A DNA stretch of 64,000 nucleotides, taken from positions 11,776 through 75,775 of the forward strand of contig JBGANF010000026.1 in NCBI GenBank assembly GCA_044222475.1, in the 5' to 3' direction. Within the stretch, counting starts at the first letter, position 1. Each line of letters begins with the position of its first letter. Below are positions 43,794-53,618 of the stretch, piece by piece. The notes under the pieces were generated by a model that saw only the letters and a list, made by a program, of their open reading frames with translations, was not told where the DNA came from and searched no databases. The position numbers and the translations under genes are program-made. Source of the stretch: Polyangiaceae bacterium. GTDB lineage: Bacteria > Myxococcota_A > Polyangia > Polyangiales > Polyangiaceae.

Positions 43794-44028
43794 GCAGGCT
43801 GCGGAAGAGCGTCGTGGCAGATGGCTTGCCCTGCTGCCACGACCGCAAACGCGACGCTCGGGAGGGGGAGCGGGAGCGGGAGCGGGACCGTACCAAACTG
43901 GGATACATGCAACAAAGTCGGCGCTTTTGTCCTCTCCGTTCCCGCTCCCCCTCCCGCTCCCGAGCGACGACTCAGCAAGCCGGCAGGAGGGCATGCCAGC
44001 TGCGAATACCCCTTTTTCAGCAGCCTGC
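43794..44028. mobile_element. MITE-like non-autonomous element
   Basis: Imperfect terminal IRs GCAGGCTGCGGAAGAG / CTTTTTCAGCAGCCTGC; internal hairpins GTCGTGGCAG..CTGCCACGAC and (GGGAGC)n..(GCTCCC)n; no credible ORF. Confidence 0.55.
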
Positions 44029-44040
44029 TAGGTTTCGTTC

Positions 44041-44199
44041 GTGACGCTCTACATCATCGCCGCCATCGGTATCTTCGTCGCCATGGGCCTGATGCGAATG
44101 ACCTATCGGCTGTCGCGAAGGGATCGGCCCGAAGGCGTGCGTTGGCGCGGCATCGACTGGGACCGCGCAAAACGCCGAGACGAAGAAGACGACGAGTAG
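44041..44199 (+). CDS. Small single-pass membrane protein (52 aa)
   Basis: Manual translation MTLYIIAAIGIFVAMGLMRMTYRLSRRDRPEGVRWRGIDWDRAKRRDEEDDE; GTG start; shorter than any ORF in the track. Confidence 0.55.
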   Translation: MTLYIIAAIGIFVAMGLMRMTYRLSRRDRPEGVRWRGIDWDRAKRRDEEDDE

Positions 44200-44212
44200 T
44201 AGGGTCCCACCC

Positions 44213-44719
44213 ATGCGTTACTTCGTCTCCCTCGACCCCGCGGCTGCTCCGATCGAGATCGACGTCGAGGAGCTCCCGAGCGGCGCGCTCTCGGTGCGAG
44301 CCTCCGGCAAGCCGGTCGCAGTCGACGTGGCCTCGCTGCGGAGCGCGCTCTCGGTGCGCGTCGATGGCGCGGTCGTCGACCTCACGACCGAGGGCGTTCC
44401 TCCGGAGCTCGGCGCGATCGCCAGCGGCCACCGCTCGTACGTTCGCGTCGAGAGCGAGCGGATGCGATCGGCCAACGCCGCCACGAAGGGCGGCGGCGGC
44501 GCGGGCGATCGCCTGATCAAGAGCCCGATGCCCGGCCGCGTCATCAAGCTCCTCGTCGCTCCCGGCGACGACGTGGCGCCGGGACAAGCGGTCGTCGTCG
44601 TCGAAGCGATGAAGATGGAGAACGAGCTCAAGGCCAAGGCGGCCGGCAAGGTCACCGAGGTCCACGTCGCGGTCGGCGCGACGGTGGAGAGCGGAGCCAA
44701 GCTCGTGACGCTCGGATGA
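44213..44719 (+). CDS. Biotin carboxyl carrier protein (acyl-CoA carboxylase subunit)
   Basis: SPMPGRV...VVEAMKMENE biotinylation motif. Confidence 0.92.
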   Translation: MRYFVSLDPAAAPIEIDVEELPSGALSVRASGKPVAVDVASLRSALSVRVDGAVVDLTTEGVPPELGAIASGHRSYVRVESERMRSANAATKGGGGAGDRLIKSPMPGRVIKLLVAPGDDVAPGQAVVVVEAMKMENELKAKAAGKVTEVHVAVGATVESGAKLVTLG

Positions 44720-45750
44720 ACCGCGCCCCCGCTCGTCTCCGTCTCGTCCACGGGCCCACCCCGATCGAGCGGCGCGATGCGCTGTCGGAGCTCGTCGGCG
44801 TCGACCTCTGGATCAAGCGCGACGACATGACCGGCGGCGCCGAAGGCGGCAACAAGATCCGGAAGCTCGAGTTCCTCGTCGGCGAGGCCCTCGCCGCGAA
44901 GGCCACCGCACTCGTGACGTGCGGCGGGATCCAGTCGAACCACGCCCGCGCGACCGCGCTCGTGGCCGCGCGGTTCGGGCTCGCGTGCACTCTGCTCCTT
45001 CGCGTGACCGACGGGAGCGAGACCGGACCCGACGTGGACGCCCCTCGTGATCGGCTGCCGCTCACCGGCAACGTCCTCCTCGATCGCCTCGTCGGAGCCA
45101 CGATCCGCCTCATCTCCCCGCGCGACTACGCCGATCGAAGCGCGTGTCTCGCCAAGGTCGCAGCCGACCTCGCGCTCGGCGGCGCTCGTCCCTACGTGGT
45201 ACCGGAGGGTGGGTCCAACGGGCTCGGCTCGCTGGGGTACGTCGAGGCGATGCGCGAGGTGCGCGAGCAGCTCGATCGAGGTCTCGGGGGCGGCAAACCC
45301 TACGACCTCGTCGTCCACGCGTGCGGGTCCGGTGGCACCGCCGCCGGCGTCGCCCTCGGCTGCTCCGCGCACCGCGTGGCGGAGGCCGTGCGCGCGTTCG
45401 CCGTCTGCGACGACGCCGCCTATTTCGAGGGGCGAATCGCCGCGATCGCGCGCGAAGCCCGCGCGTGGGACGCGTCGCTGCCCGCGCCCGCGCGCGTCGT
45501 CGTGGACGATCGCTCGAAGGGACCCCGCTACGGAGTCATGGACGACGCGCAGCGCGCGTTCCTCGTTCAAGCGGCGCGCGCGTCCGGCCTGATCTTCGAT
45601 CCCGTGTACACCGGAAAGGCCCTGTTCGGCCTGCGCGAGGCCGTGCGACGTGGCGACGTGGCGCGCGGCGCGCGCGTCCTGTTCCTGCACACCGGCGGCC
45701 TCCCTGGCCTCCTCGCCGAAGGTCCCGCGCTGGAGAGCTCCCTCCCGTGA
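44716..45750 (+). CDS. D-cysteine desulfhydrase / ACC deaminase family PLP enzyme
   Basis: WIKRDD, GGNKIRKLEF, GGIQSNHAR, GSGGTAAG, DPVYTGKA, HTGG. Confidence 0.92.
   Translation: MNRAPARLRLVHGPTPIERRDALSELVGVDLWIKRDDMTGGAEGGNKIRKLEFLVGEALAAKATALVTCGGIQSNHARATALVAARFGLACTLLLRVTDGSETGPDVDAPRDRLPLTGNVLLDRLVGATIRLISPRDYADRSACLAKVAADLALGGARPYVVPEGGSNGLGSLGYVEAMREVREQLDRGLGGGKPYDLVVHACGSGGTAAGVALGCSAHRVAEAVRAFAVCDDAAYFEGRIAAIAREARAWDASLPAPARVVVDDRSKGPRYGVMDDAQRAFLVQAARASGLIFDPVYTGKALFGLREAVRRGDVARGARVLFLHTGGLPGLLAEGPALESSLP
45188..45202. repeat. Dispersed palindrome GTMCC-N5-GGKAC, copy 10
   Basis: GTCCC TACGT GGTAC inside CDS. Confidence 0.75.
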
Positions 45751-46517
45751 GCGCGGGCACGATCGACCGCCGCGCCGTCTTCCGCGATCGCGCGCGGATC
45801 GTGATCTGGGCGGTCGGCCTCGCGACCGTCATTCAAGGCATCGGATCGTTCCTCGCGCGCAACCACGTCGGCGCCGTCGTGCTCCAGCTCGTCGTCGCCG
45901 AGTTCGGCTGCGGTCGCCTCGGCGTCGCCTGGTCCGATCCGAAGGAGCCCGAGCCCGAGACCAGCGCGATCGCCCGACGAGCAGGGCGGGGCGCCGCGAT
46001 CGGTGCCGCGGCGGCGGTCGTCGTCGTGGGCGCGCTCGTCGCGCTTCGGCTCGCGACGCTCGAGGTCGGTACGCCTTCGATGTCGACGCTGTTCGTCGGC
46101 GCGCTCGTGGCGACGTTCGGAGCGGCGCGCGACGAGCTTCTCCTCCGCGGCCTCGTTCTGCGGGCGCTCGGACCCTCGGCGTCGCTGCCGATGAAGCTCG
46201 CGGTCGGAGCGCTCGCGGGCGCGGCGTCCGCGTGGGGCGCGGGGGCGAGCCCGTTCGGGGTGGCCGCTGGTGCGGCCCTCGCGCTGACGTTCACGGCGCT
46301 CTGGATCGTCGACCGCGGCGCATGGATCGCCGTCGGCGCGCACGCCGCGGCCTCGATCCTGCTCGGCCCGGTCGCGTCGGGCGGCCTCGTCGACGTACGG
46401 ATGACCTCGCGCCTCGGGCTCGACGAGTCCCCGGTCGCGCTCGTCGTCTTCGCGGCCACCGCGGCCTACGCCGTCCGGCTCGCCCTTCGCACCCCGGTGA
46501 AAACCGACCGCAAGTAG
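45747..46517 (+). CDS. CPBP (CAAX protease-like) intramembrane protein, degenerate
   Basis: Multiple TMs; RDELLLRG (cf. EELxFRG); GAWIAVGAHAA. Confidence 0.65.
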   Translation: MSAGTIDRRAVFRDRARIVIWAVGLATVIQGIGSFLARNHVGAVVLQLVVAEFGCGRLGVAWSDPKEPEPETSAIARRAGRGAAIGAAAAVVVVGALVALRLATLEVGTPSMSTLFVGALVATFGAARDELLLRGLVLRALGPSASLPMKLAVGALAGAASAWGAGASPFGVAAGAALALTFTALWIVDRGAWIAVGAHAAASILLGPVASGGLVDVRMTSRLGLDESPVALVVFAATAAYAVRLALRTPVKTDRK

Positions 46518-46547
46518 GTCGGCGGCCCTGCTACCATCCCCCTCCCG

Positions 46548-47975
46548 ATGGAGAACGACGACCCGCCCCAGTCGATGCAGCCGCGGATGCCGGCCCCGGC
46601 CGACTCGGTGCGCGGCGTAGCGAGCGAGGAGTTCCTCTTCCATCTCTACCGCGGCGCCGAGTTGTTGCAGGATGCACGCGATCACGAGGCCAAAGAGGAG
46701 CTCGAGGCCGCGCTCGCGCTCCAACCGCGCGACGCCAAGGGGCAAGACCTCCTCGCCGTCGTGTACTTCCGCCTCGGGCTCTACCCTCGCGCGATCCACA
46801 TCTACGAGGACCTCCGGCGCGATGCGCCCAAAGAGGCGACGCTGCTGGTGAACCTGGCGCTCTGCTACCTCAAGACCGGCCAGTCGGGGTCGGCGCGAGC
46901 CGCCCTCGAAGAGGTCGTCGCGCACACGCCCGATCACCGCCGCGCGTGGGGCTACCTCGGCCTCGCGTACGATCGTCTCGGAGACCTCGAGAAGGCGGAG
47001 CAAGCGTTCGAGCGCGCGGGCCACATCGCCATGGCGAAGCGCGTCGCCGCGCGCCGCGCCAACCTCGGCGAGGCGGTGCGTCGCGCGAGCGAACCGCCGC
47101 CGCCTCCGGCGGACACGACGGCCGCGCGGGACAGCGCGGCGCTCCAGGCGACGGCCGCCGTGGCGTTCCAAGAGCTCGACGCTGGGGAGCTCTCGTTCGC
47201 GCTCGCCGCCGAGCCTGCCGCGCGACGAAGCGAGTCGGGCACGTGGCGCGCAGTCGAGATCGGCGCCGCGGTGCGGACGTCGCCGTCGGTCCCGCCGCCG
47301 CCGCCGCCGCCGCCGGAGGCCGCACCGGGCCCGGCCGAGGTGCGCGCCCCCCGCAGCCTCGCTGCGACCCTCAAGAGCGCCGCGCTCGTGATCCCGGAAG
47401 ACGACGACGTCGGGATGCACCCCTCGGGGCTCGTGGTCGTCAAGCCCGACGTCGAGTTCGCGGCACGGCTCGACGCGATCCGCAGCTACACCGGCGACCT
47501 AGCGGCCGAGGTGCTCCTCCGCCAGACGCGGACGCAGACCTCCGAGCCGTTCGGCGGGCTCGCGGCGTCGGTGCAGAAGCTCCGCGCGTCCGGCCCGCTG
47601 GTCTTTGGCCCGCGCGCCTCGCACCGCTTGGTTCCCGTGCAGATCCACAACGAGGTCGTCTTCCTCCGCGAAGAGGCGGTGCTCGGTTTCGACCTGCGCA
47701 TCACGTACGAGAACGGCCGCCTCTCGTTCGCCGAAGGCGAAGCGCTCCACGTGGTCCAGTTCCGTGGCAGCGGCACGATCGTCCTCGAGCTCCTCGATCC
47801 GATCGTCGCCGTCGCCGTCACGCCGGCGCGCGCCGTCACCGCGCGACGCGAGAACCTCGTCGGCTGGTACGGTCGCTTGCTTCCGCGCTCGTTGCCGATG
47901 AGCGAAGCCCCGCTCGGGCAGCGCGGGCTCGTCACGTTCGCGGGCGACGGCTCGCTGCTCGTGTCGGGTCGGTGA
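46548..47975 (+). CDS. TPR protein with C-terminal AIM24-like domain
   Basis: N-terminal TPRs (LAVVYFRLG, LALCYLKTG, LGLAYDRLG); Pro linker; YENGRL...VQFRGSG. Confidence 0.75.
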   Translation: MENDDPPQSMQPRMPAPADSVRGVASEEFLFHLYRGAELLQDARDHEAKEELEAALALQPRDAKGQDLLAVVYFRLGLYPRAIHIYEDLRRDAPKEATLLVNLALCYLKTGQSGSARAALEEVVAHTPDHRRAWGYLGLAYDRLGDLEKAEQAFERAGHIAMAKRVAARRANLGEAVRRASEPPPPPADTTAARDSAALQATAAVAFQELDAGELSFALAAEPAARRSESGTWRAVEIGAAVRTSPSVPPPPPPPPEAAPGPAEVRAPRSLAATLKSAALVIPEDDDVGMHPSGLVVVKPDVEFAARLDAIRSYTGDLAAEVLLRQTRTQTSEPFGGLAASVQKLRASGPLVFGPRASHRLVPVQIHNEVVFLREEAVLGFDLRITYENGRLSFAEGEALHVVQFRGSGTIVLELLDPIVAVAVTPARAVTARRENLVGWYGRLLPRSLPMSEAPLGQRGLVTFAGDGSLLVSGR

Positions 47976-47983
47976 CGACGCCC

Positions 47984-48646
47984 ATGGCCGAGAAGCAGCC
48001 CACCAGCACGGACATCCGCCGGCAGCGGCGCCGATCGCTCGCGGAGGACGCGGTCAACATCCCGAACCTCCTCACGATGGCGAGGATCGTGATGATCCCG
48101 CTGTGCCTCTGGTTCCTCGATCGCGACACTCCTCGCGACAACTTCTGGGCCGCGATCGTGTTCACCGGCGCGGCACTCACCGATCTCCTCGACGGATGGC
48201 TCGCGAGGAAGCTCCACGTCGTGAGCGTCCTCGGCAAGTTCCTCGACCCACTCGCCGACAAGCTCATCGTCATGGCGAGCCTGATTTGGATGGTCCCGAT
48301 GGGCCGCGTCCCCGCGTGGGTCGTCGTGATCCTGCTCGGGCGCGACATCAGCATCACCGGGCTGCGGAGCGTCGCTGCGAGCGAGGGCGTCGTCATCGCC
48401 GCCGGAGAAGAGGGCAAGACGAAGACCGCGCTCCAGATGATCGGGATCATCGCGCTCCTCTTGGGCTACCCCTACCCGCTGCGGTATCCAGGCATCGATC
48501 TGGGCGTCATCGACATGACCCGAGTCGGCTGCACGTTCGTCTACCTCTCGCTGTTCTTCTCGATCACGAGCGCCGCGCAGTACATCAGGCTCTTCGCCGA
48601 AGCGGTCGAGGCGAAGAACAAGAAGCTGAAGAAGGAAGAGGGGTAG
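47984..48646 (+). CDS. pgsA: CDP-diacylglycerol-glycerol-3-phosphate 3-phosphatidyltransferase
   Basis: NIPNLLTMAR, TDLLDGWLARK...GKFLDPLADK, GKTKTALQM. Confidence 0.93.
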   Translation: MAEKQPTSTDIRRQRRRSLAEDAVNIPNLLTMARIVMIPLCLWFLDRDTPRDNFWAAIVFTGAALTDLLDGWLARKLHVVSVLGKFLDPLADKLIVMASLIWMVPMGRVPAWVVVILLGRDISITGLRSVAASEGVVIAAGEEGKTKTALQMIGIIALLLGYPYPLRYPGIDLGVIDMTRVGCTFVYLSLFFSITSAAQYIRLFAEAVEAKNKKLKKEEG

Positions 48647-48784
48647 AGCACGCTTCGGAGGGCGCGCCTCGTTCGCGAGCTTCGTTGAGCGCAAGGTGGT
48701 CGCGTCGGGCGTTTTCTTCGAGGTCTCGCGGCTGCGGCGGGGAGAGGTACGGGGTCGGGGTCGGGCCCAGCGCGAAGGAGCTAG

Positions 48785-50656
48785 TCAGTCGATGAACTCT
48801 CGAAACCAGAGCTCGAGGACCAGCAGCGTCCACACGCGGTCCACCGGCGGGTTCATCTTGTCGAGCGAGCCGACGAGATCGGCGACGTACTTCGGATCGA
48901 AGAGCCCGCGCTCGCGCGCCCGCTTGTCGAGCAGCACGTCCTCGGTGAGCTGGCGCAGGTCGCGCTTCATCCACCGCTCCAGCGGGAGCGCGAAGCCGCG
49001 CTTGCCGCGGTGGAGGATGGCCCGCGGGACGAGATCCTTCACCGCCCGACGGAGGAGCCACTTCCCGCGCACGCGCATCAACATGCGGGACGGCAGCTTC
49101 GCCGCGAACTCGACCACGGCGGTGTCGAGGAACGGACAGCGCACCTCGAGCGCGTGGGTCATCGCGGCGATGTCGACCTTCACGTTGATGTCGTCGATCA
49201 TGTACGTCTGCCAATCGAGATCGGCGATGCGGGCCATCGCCGACGTGGCACCGCTCTCGGCGAGGACGCGGGCGAAGCGATCGACCGTGGCCGAGCTCGC
49301 CGCCTCGCGCATGGCGTCGAGGTAGAAGACGCGCTTGTCTTCCTCGGCGAACTGGCCGACCAGTCTCATGTAGCGCGCCGCCTCTCCGTGCTCGAGGCGA
49401 TCGGCGTACCGCCCGACGTGAGGCACGAAGACGCGACCGATGAGCCCCAGCGCGGCGCGGTACACCGGCTGCGCGCGCGGCGGGAGCGCATCGTGGGCGT
49501 GGCCGAACCGGGCGGTGGTGTAACGCTTGTATCCTGCAAAGTTCTCGTCGCCGGCGTCGCCCGAGAGCGCCACGGTGACGTGCTTCTTCGTCATCCGCGA
49601 GAGGTAGTACATCGCGACCGCCGAGCTGTCGGCGAACGGTTCGCCGTGATGGCGCACCGTCTCCTCGACGACGCTCGTCATCTCGGGGTCGACGATCTCT
49701 TCGTGGTGATCGGTCTGGTACCGTTGGGCGACGAGCCGCGCGAACTTCACCTCGCTGTCGTCGGCGTGGGGAAACCCGATGCTGAACGTCTTCACGGGGC
49801 GCGTGCTCTGGGTCGCCATGAGCGCGACGACCGTCGAGCTGTCGATTCCACCGGAGAGAAACGCGCCGAGCGGAACGTCGGACACGAGGCGGCGCTTCAC
49901 CGCGACGGCGAGCAGGCGGCGAAGCTCTTCCGCGAGCTCGTCCGCGTCGCCGCGGAGCTCCTCGCCGCGCGGCTTGCTCCAGTAGCGAACCGGTGTCGGA
50001 AGGTTTCGGCCCGGCTCGAAGACCGCGTAGTGAGCGGCGGGGAGCTTGAACGTGTCCTTGTAGGCGGTGCGCGGCGTGGGGACGTACTGGAGCGTCAGGA
50101 ACTCGTCGATTGCGCCGTAGTCGACCTCGGGCCGGGCGTCGGGGAACGCGCGGACGAGCGGACCGACCTCCGACGAAAAGGCCACTGCGCCACCGGGTAG
50201 CCGCCGGTAGAACAGCGGCTTCTTGCCCGAGCGATCGCGCGCGGCGAGGAGAGTCTGCTTCTTCCGGTCGTAGACGAGGATGGCGAACATCCCGTCGAGG
50301 CGCGCCACGCAGCCCGGGCCGTACTCCTCGTAGAGGTGAAGGACCACTTCGCTGTCGGAGTGCGAGCGGAAGCGATGGCCCTTGGCCACGAGCTCCTCAC
50401 GCAGCTCGACGAAGTTGTAGATCTCCCCGTTGACGACGGCTGCGACGCTCTCGTCCTCGTTGAACATCGGCTGGTTCGCCTCGACGCTGAGGTCGATGAT
50501 CGACAGCCGACGATGGCCGAGGGCCGCCGGCCCGTCGGTGAAGAGCCCGGCGGCGTCCGGCCCACGATGGGCGATGCCGTCGGTGATTCGCCTCACGGCC
50601 GCCGCGTCGGCGGGCGCGCCGCGCTCCTTGGCGAGGTACCCAGCGATCCCGCACAT
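48785..50656 (-). CDS. asnB: Asparagine synthase (glutamine-hydrolysing) / glycan amidotransferase
   Basis: MCGIAG, HRGPD, HRRLSIID, NGEIYN, FLSGGIDSS, LSGDAGDE, EVRCPFLD. Confidence 0.95.
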   Translation of the reverse strand: MCGIAGYLAKERGAPADAAAVRRITDGIAHRGPDAAGLFTDGPAALGHRRLSIIDLSVEANQPMFNEDESVAAVVNGEIYNFVELREELVAKGHRFRSHSDSEVVLHLYEEYGPGCVARLDGMFAILVYDRKKQTLLAARDRSGKKPLFYRRLPGGAVAFSSEVGPLVRAFPDARPEVDYGAIDEFLTLQYVPTPRTAYKDTFKLPAAHYAVFEPGRNLPTPVRYWSKPRGEELRGDADELAEELRRLLAVAVKRRLVSDVPLGAFLSGGIDSSTVVALMATQSTRPVKTFSIGFPHADDSEVKFARLVAQRYQTDHHEEIVDPEMTSVVEETVRHHGEPFADSSAVAMYYLSRMTKKHVTVALSGDAGDENFAGYKRYTTARFGHAHDALPPRAQPVYRAALGLIGRVFVPHVGRYADRLEHGEAARYMRLVGQFAEEDKRVFYLDAMREAASSATVDRFARVLAESGATSAMARIADLDWQTYMIDDINVKVDIAAMTHALEVRCPFLDTAVVEFAAKLPSRMLMRVRGKWLLRRAVKDLVPRAILHRGKRGFALPLERWMKRDLRQLTEDVLLDKRARERGLFDPKYVADLVGSLDKMNPPVDRVWTLLVLELWFREFID

Positions 50657-50659
50657 CGG

Positions 50660-51871
50660 TCAGTTGAGCTCCGCCCGTCCAGCGCCGGAGAGCGTTCGCC
50701 CCGGCCGCGCGAGATCGGGCGCTCGCTCGGCGAGGACGCGCTCGTAGACGTCCATCGTGCGCCGCGCCATCCGCGCGACCGCGAAGCGCGCGCTCGCGTG
50801 AGCGTGACCGCGCGCGCCCATGGCCTGGCGCTCCTTCGGGTCGAGCATGAAGAACCGCTTCAGGGCGCGGGCGATGCTCTTGCTGGTGGAAAACCCCGCG
50901 TCGTCGTGATCGCAGACGAGCCCTTCTACGCCGTCGGTCACGAGGGTGTCCGTGTTCGCCGCATCGGAGACGATGACCGGCGTCGCGCACGACATGGCCT
51001 CGATGACGGCGTTCGGGAGGCCCTCGTACCTCGACGGGAGGAGCATGCCGTCGGCCGCGCCGACGAGGCGCTCGACGTTCTTCACGATCCCGAGGAAGTC
51101 CACGTGGGTCCCGAGACCGAACGCGGTGGAGTAGGTGCGAAGCATCTCGCCGTACCACGGAGGCGAACCTCGACCGGCGAAGTACACGCGCGCGTCGGAG
51201 GGAAGATCGCCGCTCTTCTTCAGCCGTGCGAGCGCGCGCAGGATCTCGAGTTGGTTCTTCTGTTCGCTGATGCGTCCCGGGACGACGAGGACCCGCTTCC
51301 CGTTCATCCCCCATACGTTGCGCTCGCGCGCGATCATGGCCGCGTCGAGCGGCTGGAAGCGCGAGAAGTCGACGCCGTTCTCGATGACGTCGATCCGGTC
51401 GGTGCGGATGCCGGCGCGGCGCACGAGCTCGTCTCGGATCCCGATGGAGTTGACGATGATCGCGTCGGCCATGCCGTGGGTGAGGCGCTCACCGAGGACG
51501 TGCTTTCGCGGGAGCTGGGTGCACCGCACCGATCCGATGACCGCGCGGACGCCGGCCATGCGCGCCGCGACGCGACCGAAGATGTTCTCCCACCCCATGT
51601 ACGTGTGGACGACGTCGCTCTTCAGGTCACGGAGCTCGCGCGCGAGCGCTCGCACCGAGATCGGCGTCGGGAACATGGGCGCGTGGAGGTACCGGATGCG
51701 CCCCCCCAACCCCGGCAACTTGTAGCCGAGCTGATCGCGCTCGATGCAGAGCACCAAGCTCGGCTCGTAGCGGTCGACGTCCAGGTGGCCGATGAGCTCG
51801 GCAAGTTGCCTCTCGGCGCCCCCCTGCTCCAGGGAGTTGATGAAATACGTCACTCGGACGCGGGAAGACAC
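50660..51871 (-). CDS. Glycosyltransferase family 4
   Basis: SLEQGGAERQ, IENGVD, GRISEQKNQ, PSRYEGLPNAVIEAM. Confidence 0.93.
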   Translation of the reverse strand: MSSRVRVTYFINSLEQGGAERQLAELIGHLDVDRYEPSLVLCIERDQLGYKLPGLGGRIRYLHAPMFPTPISVRALARELRDLKSDVVHTYMGWENIFGRVAARMAGVRAVIGSVRCTQLPRKHVLGERLTHGMADAIIVNSIGIRDELVRRAGIRTDRIDVIENGVDFSRFQPLDAAMIARERNVWGMNGKRVLVVPGRISEQKNQLEILRALARLKKSGDLPSDARVYFAGRGSPPWYGEMLRTYSTAFGLGTHVDFLGIVKNVERLVGAADGMLLPSRYEGLPNAVIEAMSCATPVIVSDAANTDTLVTDGVEGLVCDHDDAGFSTSKSIARALKRFFMLDPKERQAMGARGHAHASARFAVARMARRTMDVYERVLAERAPDLARPGRTLSGAGRAELN

Positions 51872-51912
51872 GCGGCTTTCGTAGCAGATCGTCTCGCGGG
51901 GTAAAGAGCCCT

Positions 51913-52761
51913 TCAGCCGTAGCGGCCGACTTTCCTCGGCATCGGGCGCTCGTTGAAGATCGGCGTCGCGCGATCGAGCTTTCGCTTCCAGTCGCGGAGG
52001 GCGTTCTTCGTCTTCTTCTCGGCCGCGTCGACCGGGGCCGGAGGCGCGGCCGCGGTGTCCCAGGCGCGGCGATATGCACCCTGTTGAGGGATCCGGTCCC
52101 CAGTCGAAGACGAGCCCTTCTCGAGCACGAAGAAGAGACCGGCGAGGGTGATCCCGCTCACGCGCACCTCGTGGAAGCGGGACGAGATCGGATCGAACGC
52201 GCCCGGCACGTACTCGTAGACCGTCCACGGGCTCTCCCAGTCGCGCATCTGAAACACGTACGCGGTGTGGATCGTCCACTCGTTCGCGGTGGCCCAGTCG
52301 TAGAGCAGCGTCGGCGAGAACGAGTAGAAGCCGTGGTCGATCTGGTTCGACACCGGCGCGATGTGAATCGCGCGGCCGCCCACCCGGAGGAGATCGCTCA
52401 CGTTGCGGAGCGCACCCGCGACGTCGAAGACGTGCTCGAGCGTTCCTCCGTTGAAGACGAGATCGAACCGGCCGCGAAGAGCTTCGGGGATGGGGCGGTT
52501 GAGGTCGTGAACGATCTCGGCGCCCTCGAAATCGGAGGCGTCGAGGGCGGTCACGTCGGCGAAGCCGAGGGCGTGGAACAGCGCCGCGTCTCCCCTGCCC
52601 TCGAGCGGCGCCAGAGGGGCGCCGCGCTCCTCGGCCCAGCGCGCGAGATCCGGCAGGCGGAAGGCCAGGTCTTGGCGGCCGAAGAGGAGCGCGGATCCCG
52701 AGAAGGGACGAGCCTTTCGTTCTTCGGCGAGGAGCTGGGCGGCAGCGAGCGCGATCCCCAT
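51913..52761 (-). CDS. Class I SAM-dependent methyltransferase-like protein
   Basis: LDASDFEGAEIVHDLN, FDLVFNGGTLEHVFD, DHGFYSFSP. Confidence 0.8.
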   Translation of the reverse strand: MGIALAAAQLLAEERKARPFSGSALLFGRQDLAFRLPDLARWAEERGAPLAPLEGRGDAALFHALGFADVTALDASDFEGAEIVHDLNRPIPEALRGRFDLVFNGGTLEHVFDVAGALRNVSDLLRVGGRAIHIAPVSNQIDHGFYSFSPTLLYDWATANEWTIHTAYVFQMRDWESPWTVYEYVPGAFDPISSRFHEVRVSGITLAGLFFVLEKGSSSTGDRIPQQGAYRRAWDTAAAPPAPVDAAEKKTKNALRDWKRKLDRATPIFNERPMPRKVGRYG

Positions 52762-52790
52762 GGCGGGCGAACTATAACCCGTATGCTAGG

Positions 52791-53618
52791 GTGCGCGTCT
52801 CGATGGACCGTGCCGGAGTGGGCTACTGGGAAGGGACGTGGGCGCGCAACGACCTGCCGCCCGCCATCGACCCCGACTCGCCGAACCTCAGCGCCTGCGT
52901 CGATCGGTCGACCCTCGCGTGCTTCGAGGACGCGTTCGCGGCGCTCGGCGCGAACCGCGAGCGCCCACGCACGGTCGAGATCGGCTCCGGCAACTCGGTC
53001 TGGCTGCCGCTCCTCGCGAAGCGATTCGGCGCGCGCGTCACCGGGCTCGACTACGCGGACGCCGGAGTGCGCTCCTGCGAGGCCATCCTCGAGCGAGAAG
53101 GCGTCACCGGCGACGTGGTACGGGCCGACATGTTCGATCCGCCGCGCGACCTCGTCGGCGCGTTCGACCTGGCCTACTCGATCGGCGTCGTGGAGCACTT
53201 CGAGGACACGACGGCAGCGGTCGCGGCGGTCGCGCGGTTCGTGCGACCCGGCGGCGTGGTCCTCACGCAGATCCCGAACCTCTCCGGGACCGCCGGGGCG
53301 CTCTGCCGCGTGATCTCACCGAACGTGTTCCGGGCTCACGTTCCGCTCGGGCTCCGAGCGCTGCGCGCCGCGCACGAGGCAGCCGGCCTCGAGATCGTGG
53401 ACGCGCGGTACGTTCACTCGGTGAACTACGGGATGATCGACCTCGGCGAGCCCATCGGCCCGGTGCGGGACGCCTTGCGCGGGGGCGTGAAGCGGGCGTT
53501 CGTGGAGCTGTCGCGCTTCGTGTGGCTCGTCGAGAAGGCGACTCGGCCCATCGCGCCCGGCCGCGGCCTATCGCCGACGATCGCCGTGTTGGCGCGGCGA
53601 CGCGGAGGCGAGCCATGA
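52791..53618 (+). CDS. Class I SAM-dependent methyltransferase
   Basis: VEIGSGN, GLDYA, FDLAYSIGVVEHF, VRPGG. Confidence 0.88.
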   Translation: MRVSMDRAGVGYWEGTWARNDLPPAIDPDSPNLSACVDRSTLACFEDAFAALGANRERPRTVEIGSGNSVWLPLLAKRFGARVTGLDYADAGVRSCEAILEREGVTGDVVRADMFDPPRDLVGAFDLAYSIGVVEHFEDTTAAVAAVARFVRPGGVVLTQIPNLSGTAGALCRVISPNVFRAHVPLGLRALRAAHEAAGLEIVDARYVHSVNYGMIDLGEPIGPVRDALRGGVKRAFVELSRFVWLVEKATRPIAPGRGLSPTIAVLARRRGGEP

